Source: a bacterium (lineage in GTDB: Bacteria; SAR324; XYD2-FULL-50-16). From it: a stretch of 64,000 nt of DNA. Under the pieces are notes generated by a model, which saw only the letters and a program-made list of their open reading frames with translations, was not told the origin of the DNA and did no database searches. Shown piece by piece: positions 32,482 to 42,164 of this stretch; the stretch's first letter is position 1; every line of letters begins with the position of its first letter. The DNA is taken from contig JAVVEA010000001.1 of the NCBI GenBank assembly GCA_032250835.1, forward strand, positions 352,001 through 416,000, written 5' to 3'. A program made the translations under genes and the position numbers.

Positions 32482-32508
32482 AAAAAAAAAGGGACCCGAA
32501 GGCCCCTC
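32482..32508 (-). terminator. Rho-independent terminator
   Basis: Minus strand AGGGGCC-TTCG-GGTCCCT plus T run immediately after the SPOR gene stop. Confidence 0.88.
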
Positions 32509-32517
32509 TTTATTTCG

Positions 32518-33579
32518 CTAAAATCTCACCAGGAAAGAGCCGGAGTAATCCGGGTCTTTGCGGAGTTGAGCCAAGACCTTCTTGGCCTCTCCCCTGGAGT
32601 CGTACGGTCCCGCATAAACTTTGATGCTGTCGTAGTCTTTGCGGACATGTTCTAGGTTAAAGCGGACCTTGTCTTTTTGCAGTTCCTTTTCTAAATAGAA
32701 CTTCAAGTCTTTAGCCCGGTCTAAGGCCGGGAAGGTACCCATGGTGATGCGGTAACCATTAGACTGACTGGCCACACTCGCTTGGCCCGGCTTGCTGTTG
32801 ATCCGGTTGATCTGGTCGGCCAACTGTTTGGCGTCACGGTAATTATATACATCACCGGTAATCAACTCAATGAAGTCAAACTTTTCGCCCACCTGTTGGG
32901 TAAAGACAGGCTCGCCTTTTTTGCGGATCGCATCGGCGTAGTCTTCTTTGCAATTCTCAAAAGAGCAGGTTGCCACCTGAATCAAGTATTGGGCCCTGGG
33001 CTTAGCGGGCATCGCCTGTACCGGTGGCGGCTCTTGAGCCGGTTCGGGCTCGACCATCACCGGAGGGGGAAGCTGCTTTTTGAACTTAGGCATCTCCAAC
33101 TTAATTTTGGGCTGTTCCATGCGGACCACTTCTTCCTTGAACTCGCTTTCCATGGGCGGCATTTCGTCCATAACCGGCGTTTCGGGCTCGTTCATGAAGA
33201 AGTACCAACCAGCGCCGCCACCGGCACCGATCAAGATCAAGAGAATCAAAACAATCCATTTGCCCTTCCCACCGGACTTCGCGGCCGCCGGTGCAGCCGC
33301 TGGGGCGGCTGCAGCCGCCGCTTGCGGGGCAGCTTGAGCCGGGGCGGCTGGGCTAGGTGCAGACCCACCGCCGCCGTCGCTGTCCATATCTTCAATCGAG
33401 GAAAGATCTTCGAAGAAGGAGTCTAGTTCGGAATCGCCCGATTCACCGCCACCTCCACCGCCACCAGATCCGCCATCGTCGTCGCCAAGGGCATCGTCCA
33501 GGGAACCGGCAAAGTCGTCGCCGCCATCGTCATCGAGTCCCAGGTCGTCGTCTAAGTCGAAATTTTCGTCATCACCCAT
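32518..33579 (-). CDS. Bitopic membrane protein: acidic cytoplasmic tail, TM, periplasmic SPOR domains
   Basis: D/G-rich N-terminus, Ala-Pro linker, TM WIVLILLILIGAGGGAGWYF, SPOR-like YLIQVA, YRITMGTF, VYAGPYDSR.EA. Confidence 0.8.
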   Translation of the reverse strand: MGDDENFDLDDDLGLDDDGGDDFAGSLDDALGDDDGGSGGGGGGGESGDSELDSFFEDLSSIEDMDSDGGGGSAPSPAAPAQAAPQAAAAAAPAAAPAAAKSGGKGKWIVLILLILIGAGGGAGWYFFMNEPETPVMDEMPPMESEFKEEVVRMEQPKIKLEMPKFKKQLPPPVMVEPEPAQEPPPVQAMPAKPRAQYLIQVATCSFENCKEDYADAIRKKGEPVFTQQVGEKFDFIELITGDVYNYRDAKQLADQINRINSKPGQASVASQSNGYRITMGTFPALDRAKDLKFYLEKELQKDKVRFNLEHVRKDYDSIKVYAGPYDSRGEAKKVLAQLRKDPDYSGSFLVRF

Positions 33580-33606
33580 GGTTCTCTCTCTGTTGATCGG
33601 TTCGCG

Positions 33607-34359
33607 TCATCTTTGAGCCAGTCGGGCCAGCCCCAACAGCGTCAACCCTGGTTCCAGGGCGTCTAGATTGGCAGTTTGGCGGTACATGAGATCGGCCAAG
33701 CCACCGGTGGCCACGCGGAAAATAGGTGCCCCATGGGAGGCGGCAATTTTTTCCAGCATGGTTTCCACCAGCGAAGAGTATCCAAGAAGGATACCAGATT
33801 GTAAGGCTTCCTTCGTATTTTTTCCAATAATTTCGGTGGGAAACTCCAGAGGGACCTCATAAAGCCCCTCGGCGCTTTCCGCCAGCGCCTTACGACAGAG
33901 TTCCAAGCCTGGAAAAATAGCGCCACCTAAAAAGGTTCCGGCTTGATTGATCACGTCAAAAGTGGTGGCCGTGCCCAGGTCTACCACCACCAAATCCCGA
34001 CCATATCGTTGCCAAGCCGCCCAAGCGGTCAGCAAGCGGTCAATTCCGGTTCCTTCGGTGGCGATAACCAAGCCTTCGGCTTCCAGCCAAGCTGGAGTCA
34101 CCGGCTTAAGGGCAAAGCCCAGGTCCTTAGACAAGCTCTCAAGCAGCGGCGCGATGCTAGGCACTACTGAGGCATAAATTAAGACCTCGAAGGGTCCCCA
34201 GGCGGCCACCAAAGGGGCCAACTGGTCGCGGTAAAAGGCGGCTTCGCGCAAGGGGCGGGTGGGCAGGCGCAACTCTTTGAGCAACTCCAAGCCGTCGAAC
34301 CAGCCAAAATGCAGCGTCGAATTGCCGGCATCTAGAACCAACCGCTTAGAAGAAGCCAT
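33607..34359 (-). CDS. coaX: Type III pantothenate kinase
   Basis: LDAGNS, SVVP, GIDR, VDLGTATTFD, GGAIFPG, ATGG. Confidence 0.95.
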   Translation of the reverse strand: MASSKRLVLDAGNSTLHFGWFDGLELLKELRLPTRPLREAAFYRDQLAPLVAAWGPFEVLIYASVVPSIAPLLESLSKDLGFALKPVTPAWLEAEGLVIATEGTGIDRLLTAWAAWQRYGRDLVVVDLGTATTFDVINQAGTFLGGAIFPGLELCRKALAESAEGLYEVPLEFPTEIIGKNTKEALQSGILLGYSSLVETMLEKIAASHGAPIFRVATGGLADLMYRQTANLDALEPGLTLLGLARLAQR

Positions 34360-34999
34360 GGTCCTTCAAAAAGGATTCGTTCAGTTTCGATTCAGGTTGG
34401 TTCTGCGCCCCAAAGGACAACATGCGTTCCACATAACGTCCAATCAAATCCGTTTCGAGGTGGACTAGGTCGCCAGGGCTCAGTTCGCTCAAGTTCGTTT
34501 CCAGATAAGTATGGGGGATGATGGCTACTTCTAGTTGCTGTGAGTCGAGCTTCGAAAGGGTCAGGCTGATGCCGTTGATGGCCACCGATCCCTTGGGGAT
34601 AAAATATTTTTCTAGGGCCCCATCGAAGCTGAAAGCGAGTCGGTAAAAATTCCCCTGTTTCTCCACCAACTCGCAACGACCGATCCCGTCCACATGCCCT
34701 TGGACCATATGCCCACCTAAACGGTCGCCCATCCGTAAGGCCCGTTCCAGATTGAGGCGGGCTCCGCTGCGCTTGGCGGCGAAGAGACTTTTGTCTAGTG
34801 TTTCACTAGACAACTCAAAAGCGGCGCTCTGGTCATCGAAGCGCACCACCGTCAGGCAAACCCCATCGATTGCCACCGAGTCGCCTAGCTTCAGGTCCGA
34901 TTGGATCAAGCGGCAGCGCAGGGTCAGTTCCTTTTGGTTCGGGCCGATGCCGCGCAGGGCCTCTAGCTGGCCCACTTCTTCAATCAATCCGGTAAACAT
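34346..34999 (-). CDS. ribE: Riboflavin synthase (alpha chain)
   Basis: MFTGLIEEVG N-terminus, GDSVAIDGVCLTV, NLERAL, GGHMVQGHVDG, KGSVAINGISLT. Confidence 0.97.
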   Translation of the reverse strand: MFTGLIEEVGQLEALRGIGPNQKELTLRCRLIQSDLKLGDSVAIDGVCLTVVRFDDQSAAFELSSETLDKSLFAAKRSGARLNLERALRMGDRLGGHMVQGHVDGIGRCELVEKQGNFYRLAFSFDGALEKYFIPKGSVAINGISLTLSKLDSQQLEVAIIPHTYLETNLSELSPGDLVHLETDLIGRYVERMLSFGAQNQPESKLNESFLKDHGFF

Positions 35000-36107
35000 C
35001 CTCGATCCTTCGGTAGTACTCTAACCCCAGGTCTGGGCCCAACCGCTCGACGCCACCTAGGTGCCAGCGTGGCAGGTCCGATAAGTTCTGGCCCAAGCCG
35101 GCATCGCCCGCAAAACCCGGCGCGCTCGACTGCCCCATCACCAAACCTGCATAAAAGAGACACCAACGGTCTACCATGTCCGCCTTGAGAAAGCCAGCGA
35201 TCAAGGCCGCTCCCCCTTCAAGCAGCAAACTCACCAGACCCAGCCCAAACAACTGTTCCAAGGCCCAACGAGGAGGTATTTGAGGCGTCGAGGCAACTAA
35301 ACAATCCACCCCCAAAGCTTCAAATTCGCGGACCCGAGCAGGTAAAACTCGACTGCCCAAGAGAATCACCTTTCGGACCCCCTCGCGGGGCTGAAAAAAG
35401 CGGGCCGATGGATTTAATTCGCCTAGGGTTGAGAACACCACCTGTACCGGGTTGCGCGGCCTATCGCTGTGGCGGTCCGTCAGTTGGGGGTCGTCCTGAT
35501 TGAGCGTGGCGGCACCTACCCCAATGGCTTGATGGGCACTGCGCAACCGGTGGCCTGCCGCACGAGCCTCGGGCCCGGTAATCCATTGGGATTGCCCGGT
35601 TGCGGTGGCGATTCGCCCGTCTAAACTCACCGCCGCTTTAGCACTCACATAAGGCAGCTTTTGAAGCATCTGTTTATTAAAGACCCGGTTTAAGGCATAA
35701 CAGGCTTGCGCCAAAGGTCCTTGTTGCACCGCCACGCCTTGGCTGCGCAGCCAGTCCAGGCTCTTACCGCTCATCTGGGGATTGGGGTCAAGGCTCCCAA
35801 CCACCAAATTTTTGACCCCCTTTTCTAAGATCAACTGGGTGCAGGGCGGGGTACGGCCTTGATGGTTGCAGGGCTCTAGAGTGACGTAGAGGGTCGAGTC
35901 GGCAGGTACTTGGTCCCAATCGGCCAAGGCGTTGACCTCCGCGTGGGGCTTCCCGGCCAGGTGGTGCCAACCTTCAGAGAGGATTTCCCCGGTACCAGAG
36001 ACCAACAGGGCCCCCACCATGGGGTTGGGTTCGGTTTGGTTTTCGGCGCGGCGGGCCAGTTCGATGGCCCGGGCCATGTAATATTCGGGAGGATGCTGCG
36101 CAGCCAA
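34980..36107 (-). CDS. ribD: Bifunctional riboflavin deaminase/reductase RibD
   Basis: PNPMVGA, HAE, TLEPCNH.GRTPPC, SLDGRIA, WITG, LLEGG; exact start uncertain. Confidence 0.96.
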   Translation of the reverse strand: MAAQHPPEYYMARAIELARRAENQTEPNPMVGALLVSGTGEILSEGWHHLAGKPHAEVNALADWDQVPADSTLYVTLEPCNHQGRTPPCTQLILEKGVKNLVVGSLDPNPQMSGKSLDWLRSQGVAVQQGPLAQACYALNRVFNKQMLQKLPYVSAKAAVSLDGRIATATGQSQWITGPEARAAGHRLRSAHQAIGVGAATLNQDDPQLTDRHSDRPRNPVQVVFSTLGELNPSARFFQPREGVRKVILLGSRVLPARVREFEALGVDCLVASTPQIPPRWALEQLFGLGLVSLLLEGGAALIAGFLKADMVDRWCLFYAGLVMGQSSAPGFAGDAGLGQNLSDLPRWHLGGVERLGPDLGLEYYRRIEDVYRID

Positions 36108-36111
36108 AAGC

Positions 36112-36609
36112 TTATTTAACCTCGGCCAGACGAATGATCCGTTCTTCGGGGCTCAAGATGGCGGTAATTTTGGCCCCAAATTTCTCGTTAACCACCACCA
36201 CTTCGCCGGTCGCCAGGAGGTGTCCGTTAACATAGACCTCCAATTCCTCACCAACCAATCGGTGCAATTCGATTACCGAGCCCTGACCTAAAGACAACAG
36301 GTCACTGATGTACATCTTAGCCCGCCCCACCTCAAAGGTTACCTTGAGCTTAATGTCCATCAGAAAGTCTAAGTCCATGGTGCCGTCGGCACCAGAACCG
36401 ACCCCCGAGGCAGTCATGGTTTTTTTAGCGCCCGGCACTACGGCCCCTTCAGCGGGGTCTTCAGGCGGGATGCCGTCTTGCTCCAAGGCCGCTTGTGCGG
36501 CCTCAAAGGGGTCTACCTCACCACCAGCGTCCTCTTCCTTGGGGGGGCCATCGCCACCGCCAAGTTGCTGCATCGCCGCTTCAAAAGGGTCCAATTCTTC
36601 AGCCATCAA
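36112..36609 (-). CDS. fliN: Flagellar motor switch protein FliN
   Basis: SpoA domain LMDIKLKVTFEVGR...LL.LGQGSVIEL...GEVVVVNEKFG. Confidence 0.92.
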   Translation of the reverse strand: MMAEELDPFEAAMQQLGGGDGPPKEEDAGGEVDPFEAAQAALEQDGIPPEDPAEGAVVPGAKKTMTASGVGSGADGTMDLDFLMDIKLKVTFEVGRAKMYISDLLSLGQGSVIELHRLVGEELEVYVNGHLLATGEVVVVNEKFGAKITAILSPEERIIRLAEVK

Positions 36610-36612
36610 GAC

Positions 36613-36909
36613 CTACTGGGCTTCGGGTTGCTGGGACTGGTTCTTTGGGATCGCCGCATAACGACCGGCGCAACGCATCTGGGTCGGTGCTAAGAAGGAT
36701 TTATTGGCGTCTCGGTAACGATCCCGCACCGGTTTCATGCACCAAAAGGCCTCACCGTCGACGCGCTTGAGCACACAGGTATATTTTGCCTTATAGCATT
36801 CGGGTGGGCGGATATAGTCCTGCGCCGAAAGGGGCATTTCCCTCGACAACGCTAGGCTCCCCACCAGCATTAGCGAAACCGCCAGGAGCATCAATTTACC
36901 GATCATCAC
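36613..36909 (-). CDS. Small exported hypothetical protein with 4 Cys
   Basis: Signal peptide, four cysteines, co-directional and 3 bp from fliN. Confidence 0.65.
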   Translation of the reverse strand: MMIGKLMLLAVSLMLVGSLALSREMPLSAQDYIRPPECYKAKYTCVLKRVDGEAFWCMKPVRDRYRDANKSFLAPTQMRCAGRYAAIPKNQSQQPEAQ

Positions 36910-36990
36910 GTTCCATCATTGAGTTTTGGAATCAGGTTCGCCACAGGGGCTTACCTGAATACCAAAGCAGGTTTTAGGCCAAACCGGCCG

Positions 36991-38595
36991 TTAACCTACG
37001 GCAAAGAAATCGTTCCCTTTGTCGTCTACGATAATAAAGGCCGGAAAATCCTTTACCTTGATCTTATATATAGCTTCCATGCCCAGCTCGGGAAATTCGA
37101 TCAACTCCATTTCGGTGATGCACTCTTTACCTAAGATGGCGGCGGCTCCGCCGATGCTGCCTAGATAAAAGCCACCATATTGGTGGCAAGAGTCCGTCAC
37201 CCCTTTAGACCGGTTGCCCTTGGCGAGCATCACCATACTGCCGCCCTCCTTTTGGAAGACCGGCACATAAGAGTCCATCCGTCCGGCGGTGGTGGGGCCG
37301 AAGCTACCTGAGGCAAAACCCTCAGGGGTCTTGGCGGGACCGGCATAATAGACCACATGGTCTTTAAAGTATTGGGGTAACTCCTCGCCGTTGTCCAGCC
37401 GTTCCTTCAGCTTCGCGTGGGCGATGTCGCGCGCCACGATGATGGTGCCGCTGAGCATCAGCCGGGTCTTGATGGGGTACTGGCTGAGCGTCTCTAAAAG
37501 TTTGGGCATGCCCATATCTAGGTCAACCGCCACGGCGGCGGTACCTTCGGCGGTATGGGAGGGCAAGTACTGGGCCGGGTTGGTTTCGAGTTGCTCTAAA
37601 AAGACCCCTTCTTTGGTGATCTTGCCCTTAATGTTGCGGTCGGCGCTGCAACTTACCCCCAGGCCCACGGGGCAAGAGGCTCCATGCCGGGGTAGGCGGA
37701 TCACCCGGACGTCATGGGCAAAGTACTTGCCGCCAAACTGGGCCCCTAGGCCCAAATGGCGGGTGATCTCTAGAACCTGTTGTTCCAGTTCCAAGTCTCG
37801 GTAGGCCCGGCCGCCTTCGCTGCCGCTGGTGGGCAAGGTGTCTAGCTCCTTGGCGCTGGCGAGCTTGACGGTCTTTAAGACCATCTCGGCGCTGGTGCCG
37901 CCGATGACAATGGCCAAGTGGTAGGGCGGACAAGCGGCGGTACCCAGCCCCCGGATCTTCTCGCTCAAAAAGGGGAGTAGGGTCTTAGGGTTAAGCAACG
38001 CCTTGGTTTCTTGATAGAGGTAGGTCTTATTGGCCGAGCCGCCGCCTTTGGCGATAAAAAGAAACTTATAGGCATCCTGCCCCTCGGCGTAAAGATCGAT
38101 CTGGGCCGGAAGGTTGGTGCCCGTGTTTTTTTCTTCATACATGCTCAGCGGGGCCACCTGGGAATAGCGCAGGTTGGTTTCGCTGTAGGTCTTATATATA
38201 CCAGCGCTCAGTGCCTGGGCATCACCGCCTTCGGTGATCACACGCTCGCCCTTCTTGCCCATCACAATCGCCGTACCGGTGTCTTGGCAACTTGGGAAGA
38301 TTCCCTCGGCGGCGATCACGGCGTTTTCGAGCAGGTTGGTGGCCACGAAGCGGTCATTTTCGCTGGCTTCGGGATCTTCTAAAATGTTTTGCAAAGACTT
38401 CAAGTGCGCCGGCCGTAGCAAATGGGAAACATCTTTCATGGCCTTCTCGGCCAAAAGCGTTAGGGCTTCGGGCGCGACTTTTAGAATTTGGTGCTCCCCC
38501 CAAGACTCCAAGCTAACATGTTCGTCAGTTAACTTTAGATAGGGCGTTTGATCGGGTCCAAATTGGAAGAGGTCTTCGTATAGGAATGAGGGCAT
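36991..38595 (-). CDS. fumA: Class I (Fe-S) fumarate hydratase
   Basis: [45 protein letters not shown]. Confidence 0.95.
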   Translation of the reverse strand: MPSFLYEDLFQFGPDQTPYLKLTDEHVSLESWGEHQILKVAPEALTLLAEKAMKDVSHLLRPAHLKSLQNILEDPEASENDRFVATNLLENAVIAAEGIFPSCQDTGTAIVMGKKGERVITEGGDAQALSAGIYKTYSETNLRYSQVAPLSMYEEKNTGTNLPAQIDLYAEGQDAYKFLFIAKGGGSANKTYLYQETKALLNPKTLLPFLSEKIRGLGTAACPPYHLAIVIGGTSAEMVLKTVKLASAKELDTLPTSGSEGGRAYRDLELEQQVLEITRHLGLGAQFGGKYFAHDVRVIRLPRHGASCPVGLGVSCSADRNIKGKITKEGVFLEQLETNPAQYLPSHTAEGTAAVAVDLDMGMPKLLETLSQYPIKTRLMLSGTIIVARDIAHAKLKERLDNGEELPQYFKDHVVYYAGPAKTPEGFASGSFGPTTAGRMDSYVPVFQKEGGSMVMLAKGNRSKGVTDSCHQYGGFYLGSIGGAAAILGKECITEMELIEFPELGMEAIYKIKVKDFPAFIIVDDKGNDFFAVG

Positions 38596-38731
38596 CTGGG
38601 GGTCCGTTGGGGTTGTCTAGAATGTTTATCTGCCTATTTTGCCAAACTTCAAGTCCCCTTGCTACCCCTTTCTTGACTAACCTGCTTTGGGGAATAGGTT
38701 TATATACCTAAATCTTTTTTAAATATATCTC

Positions 38732-38760
38732 TTGCTAAAAGCCGCGCGTTTCGTTAATAT
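38732..38760 (+). promoter_or_regulatory. Putative sigma70 promoter of the Crp/Fnr gene
   Basis: TTGCTA-17 bp-TAATAT, followed by RBS AGGAGG. Confidence 0.45.
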
Positions 38761-38801
38761 ATTACCAACAGAACATGTCCAACCCGCCTTAGGAGGATCA
38801 A

Positions 38802-39485
38802 ATGGGAGTCTCAGGATTGGTGGGTCGCGAAAGGTATTCCAACTTCAGCGCCCAAGAAATTACCCACTTTTTTATGGAGTGGGGCAAGCTGACGACCGTG
38901 CCCAAGGGTACGACCCTATTCACCCCTGGAGAAAGGGGCGATCAGGTTTACTACGTTACCCACGGTGAAGTGAAGATCTATCGCTCCACTAATGAAGGCA
39001 AAGAGATCATCATGGAACTATTGGGGCCTGGTGGCGTGATCGGTGATTCTGAAGCCTTGAGCGGCTTGGAGTGGAAAAACACCGCAGTAACCAAGCGCGA
39101 CACCATTGTCCACGTATTGAGCCGCCGGACCTTGCTTGAGCGGATCGAAAAGGACCGCAAAATTGGTGCTTGGTTGCTTGAGCGGCTGGCCCGCAAGCAA
39201 TTGGAGACCGAAAACCTGATGGAAGGCTTGCTCTTTAAGAGCGCCAACGCCAAAGTGGCGCAGGTTCTCTTGGACCTCTCCGAGCGTTACGGTGTAAGCA
39301 ATGATGAAGGCTTGTTGATTGATTATTTGATCACCCATCAAGAAATTGGCAACACCATCGCCACCACGCGCGAAACGGTGTCTTATGCCTTCATGGAATT
39401 CCGCCAAGCTGGCTTGATCGATACGGTCAAGCGCCGCACGGTGATCAAGGACCGCGAAGCTTTGCTGGCCGTAACCCAGCAGTAG
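38802..39485 (+). CDS. Crp/Fnr family transcriptional regulator
   Basis: cNMP-binding fold (LFTPGE...GEVKI...GKEII..LGPG) and HTH ITHQEIGNTIATTRETVS. Confidence 0.93.
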   Translation: MGVSGLVGRERYSNFSAQEITHFFMEWGKLTTVPKGTTLFTPGERGDQVYYVTHGEVKIYRSTNEGKEIIMELLGPGGVIGDSEALSGLEWKNTAVTKRDTIVHVLSRRTLLERIEKDRKIGAWLLERLARKQLETENLMEGLLFKSANAKVAQVLLDLSERYGVSNDEGLLIDYLITHQEIGNTIATTRETVSYAFMEFRQAGLIDTVKRRTVIKDREALLAVTQQ

Positions 39486-39649
39486 AGGTTCCAAAAAGGG
39501 TATTATACCCCTGGGCCCGCCCTCTTCCCCCAACCACTGGGGGGCGGGTTCCCCTTTACTGCAAATTCCCCCCCATTGCGCTTTTTCCAGCTTTGTGCAA
39601 AGCTGAGCGTCCACCGAAAAAAAATGACCCCGATCCCCGTATAACGGAG

Positions 39650-40210
39650 ATGTACAGCACTAACGAATTCCGCAAGGGCCTCCGCATTGAGGTTGACGGC
39701 AACCCCTACATCATCGTAGAGAACCAGTTCGTCAAGCCCGGCAAGGGCCAGGCCTTCAACCGCGTAAGGATCAAAAACCTGCTCAACGGCAACACCATCG
39801 AGCGGACCATGAAGTCCGGCGAAAAAGTGCCCAAGGCGGATATTGTCGATAAAGAGATGCAATATCTCTATCTAGACGGCGACAAATACCACTTCATGGA
39901 CACCCAAACCTATGAGCAGATCGAACTGACCAAAGATCAGCTAGGTGACAACTGGGCGTGGCTGAAAGAACAAATGATGTGTCAAGTCATGCTGTACCGG
40001 GGCGTCGCGGTTTCCGTCGAGGTTCCCAACTTTGTGGAACTCGAAATCACCTACTGCGAGCCAGGTATTAAGGGCGATACAGCCACCAACACCACCAAGC
40101 CCGCCGACATGGAAACGGGCGCACAGGTTCAGGTGCCTCTTTTCGTTACCCAGGGCGAGAAGATCAAGATCGACACCCGCACCGGCCAATATGTGGAGCG
40201 GGTCATGTAG
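39650..40210 (+). CDS. efp: Elongation factor P
   Basis: Start at ATG 39650 (MYSTNEFRKG); KPGKG modification loop; PGIKGDT; VPLFV..GE.I.IDTR. Confidence 0.97.
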   Translation: MYSTNEFRKGLRIEVDGNPYIIVENQFVKPGKGQAFNRVRIKNLLNGNTIERTMKSGEKVPKADIVDKEMQYLYLDGDKYHFMDTQTYEQIELTKDQLGDNWAWLKEQMMCQVMLYRGVAVSVEVPNFVELEITYCEPGIKGDTATNTTKPADMETGAQVQVPLFVTQGEKIKIDTRTGQYVERVM

Positions 40211-41128
40211 ATGCCTTCTCGCGCTCTTAAGGCGCGGGCCGATCTACTGACGCGGCTGCGTCACTTTTTTGCACAGCGGGGGCTGACCGAGGTCAGCACC
40301 CCGCTGCTCTGCTCCTACCCCAACCTAGAAGCTCATATCGACCCGGTCCCAGCAGGCTCAAACCGCTGGCTGCCCAGTTCTCCCGAATATGCCATGAAAC
40401 GCCTGTTGGCGGCTGGCTCGGGATCGATCTACCAGATTTGTCCGGCCTTCCGTTTGGGCGAGTTGGGCGCTAAACACCAGCCTGAATTCACGCTCTTAGA
40501 GTTTTATCTAGTCGCCCAGGATCATTGGGGCCTGATGGACTTTGTGGACCAACTGCTGCAAGAGGTTTTAGGTTGGCCTGCGGCCCAGCGGATTGATTAT
40601 GCAGAGGTCTTTAGAGATACCCTGGGCATCAACGCCTTGGCCTTAGAGATGGACGCCTTCGCTAAGGCCTTAAAATCGCGCCAAATGGCGGTTCCTGAAT
40701 TTCTGATGACCGCCAACACCACCCAAACGGACCGGCTGGATTACCTCTTTTCGACGTTGATCGAACCCGATTTAGGTACCGACCGGCCGGTTTTGTTGAC
40801 CGGTTATCCCCCCTTTATGGCCGCGCTGGCACGCATAGACCAAGGGCGCGCCGCGAGGTTCGAGGTCTTTTACCGGGGACTGGAGTTAGGCAATGGTTTT
40901 TGGGAGCTTAAAGACCCCGCTGAACAGCGAGCCCGCTTTGAAGAAGCCAACCGCCAAAGGGTAGCTGCGGGAAAGTCGGCCTATGGGGTAGACGAACGAT
41001 TCTTGGCCTGCTTAGACCAATTGCCAGATTGTGCGGGAATCGCCCTAGGTTTAGACCGCCTGCTGATGCTTTGGCTGGGCGTTGATTCTATCGACCAGGT
41101 TTTAACCTTGCCTTGGGATCAAATCTAA
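40211..41128 (+). CDS. epmA: EF-P lysine aminoacylase EpmA (GenX/PoxA)
   Basis: SPEYAMKRLLAAG, FR..E...H.PEFT.LE, RFE....LELGNGF.EL, GIALGLDRL; abuts efp. Confidence 0.95.
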   Translation: MPSRALKARADLLTRLRHFFAQRGLTEVSTPLLCSYPNLEAHIDPVPAGSNRWLPSSPEYAMKRLLAAGSGSIYQICPAFRLGELGAKHQPEFTLLEFYLVAQDHWGLMDFVDQLLQEVLGWPAAQRIDYAEVFRDTLGINALALEMDAFAKALKSRQMAVPEFLMTANTTQTDRLDYLFSTLIEPDLGTDRPVLLTGYPPFMAALARIDQGRAARFEVFYRGLELGNGFWELKDPAEQRARFEEANRQRVAAGKSAYGVDERFLACLDQLPDCAGIALGLDRLLMLWLGVDSIDQVLTLPWDQI

Positions 41129-41490
41129 CGAGGTGCCGCAACGAGCTTTTCGCTGGCTCCCTGGCCCTGTAACGGCTTACCTTTGGGGCTTTGTTGAGCC
41201 TTTGGCTTGATCGTCTTGGACTCATCGTCCGCCGGGGCCCCATGGAGCTCTTCAATCGCTCCGTCGAGCAGCATCAGCGCTGCTTCAATCAAATCTTTTG
41301 AACCATAGCCCCGCTCGACCAAGCAGTGGACGAAGCTCTTGGTGACCAAGGCCAATTCCTGGGCATTGGGCTCGCCGCCGCTCATTTCGGCTTGGGTCTG
41401 CTCTGGGCAGCAAGGTTTTCCCGTAATTTTGGACATCTGGTTCGGTTTCATGAGAATTAGAGGTTCAAGTTCCATGCCCTCACGACCCAA
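41125..41490 (-). CDS. Hypothetical protein
   Basis: Co-directional with the upstream genes; helical core KSFVHCLVERGYGSKDLIEAALMLL; start uncertain. Confidence 0.55.
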   Translation of the reverse strand: MGREGMELEPLILMKPNQMSKITGKPCCPEQTQAEMSGGEPNAQELALVTKSFVHCLVERGYGSKDLIEAALMLLDGAIEELHGAPADDESKTIKPKAQQSPKGKPLQGQGASEKLVAAPR

Positions 41491-41540
41491 AGAGTTCAGC
41501 TCTGCGTTGCTCGAATCCCTTGGACTAGTCTACCTCTTTA

Positions 41541-42161
41541 CTACCCCCTGCGCAAATCAAAGCCTTGGTAATTAAGCTGCTTAAGCCAGCCTTCGGCTTC
41601 GGCAGAGGTTTCGTCAGCACAACTCGCCACCACCACCGCCGCCTCACTTTGGGTGAGCATCTGCCTAAAAAGCTCCTGCATCGGCGGGTCTAGCGGTCGT
41701 TTATGTAGTTCACTGATCAATATAAGCCCACTTTCTTGGAAGGCCAGGGCGCAGAGCACAAAACGGAGTTTGTCTTCGCCATGGAGCTTATAGATCGGGA
41801 AATGCCGTAGATGCCAAGCTTTGATCTGCTCCATCAGGTGCCGCTTGGCGGTACGGCGTCCGCCGAGGCGGGTGAAAGGTTCGGATTCTAAAGCTAGATA
41901 ACCTCCGGCATGACGCCGGTATACCTTTTCGCCGAGCAGCAATCGGTCAGACTGGCAAAGATACTCTCTCGCTTTGGTCACCACCCCACGATCTGGCCGG
42001 TAGCGGCCCTCTAAGATACCAAACAGGCAATTGAGCTGGTCGCGGTGGTCAAATAGGAGGTGGTAGCGCCGCCCCGATTCGATTTCTAAGCTAACCCGTT
42101 GCAGCCCAAATTCCTCACCAGCAAAAAGATCTATATTAGAGAGCTGTGCCACCAAGGCCAT
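41541..42161 (-). CDS. Degenerate ABC-ATPase-like protein
   Basis: ABC fold remnants (LQRVSLEIESG, GRYRPDRG, KLHGEDKLR, LILISE) with no intact Walker A, LSGGQ or Walker B. Confidence 0.6.
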   Translation of the reverse strand: MALVAQLSNIDLFAGEEFGLQRVSLEIESGRRYHLLFDHRDQLNCLFGILEGRYRPDRGVVTKAREYLCQSDRLLLGEKVYRRHAGGYLALESEPFTRLGGRRTAKRHLMEQIKAWHLRHFPIYKLHGEDKLRFVLCALAFQESGLILISELHKRPLDPPMQELFRQMLTQSEAAVVVASCADETSAEAEGWLKQLNYQGFDLRRG

Positions 42162-42164
42162 AGA

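Noticed and set aside
39593-39649. N-terminal extensions given by the ORF track for efp, dodecin (58558), the SPOR gene (5988) and the FHA gene (9720)
   Set aside because: Downstream ATGs fit the family N-termini, RBS or signal peptides better, so starts were shortened.
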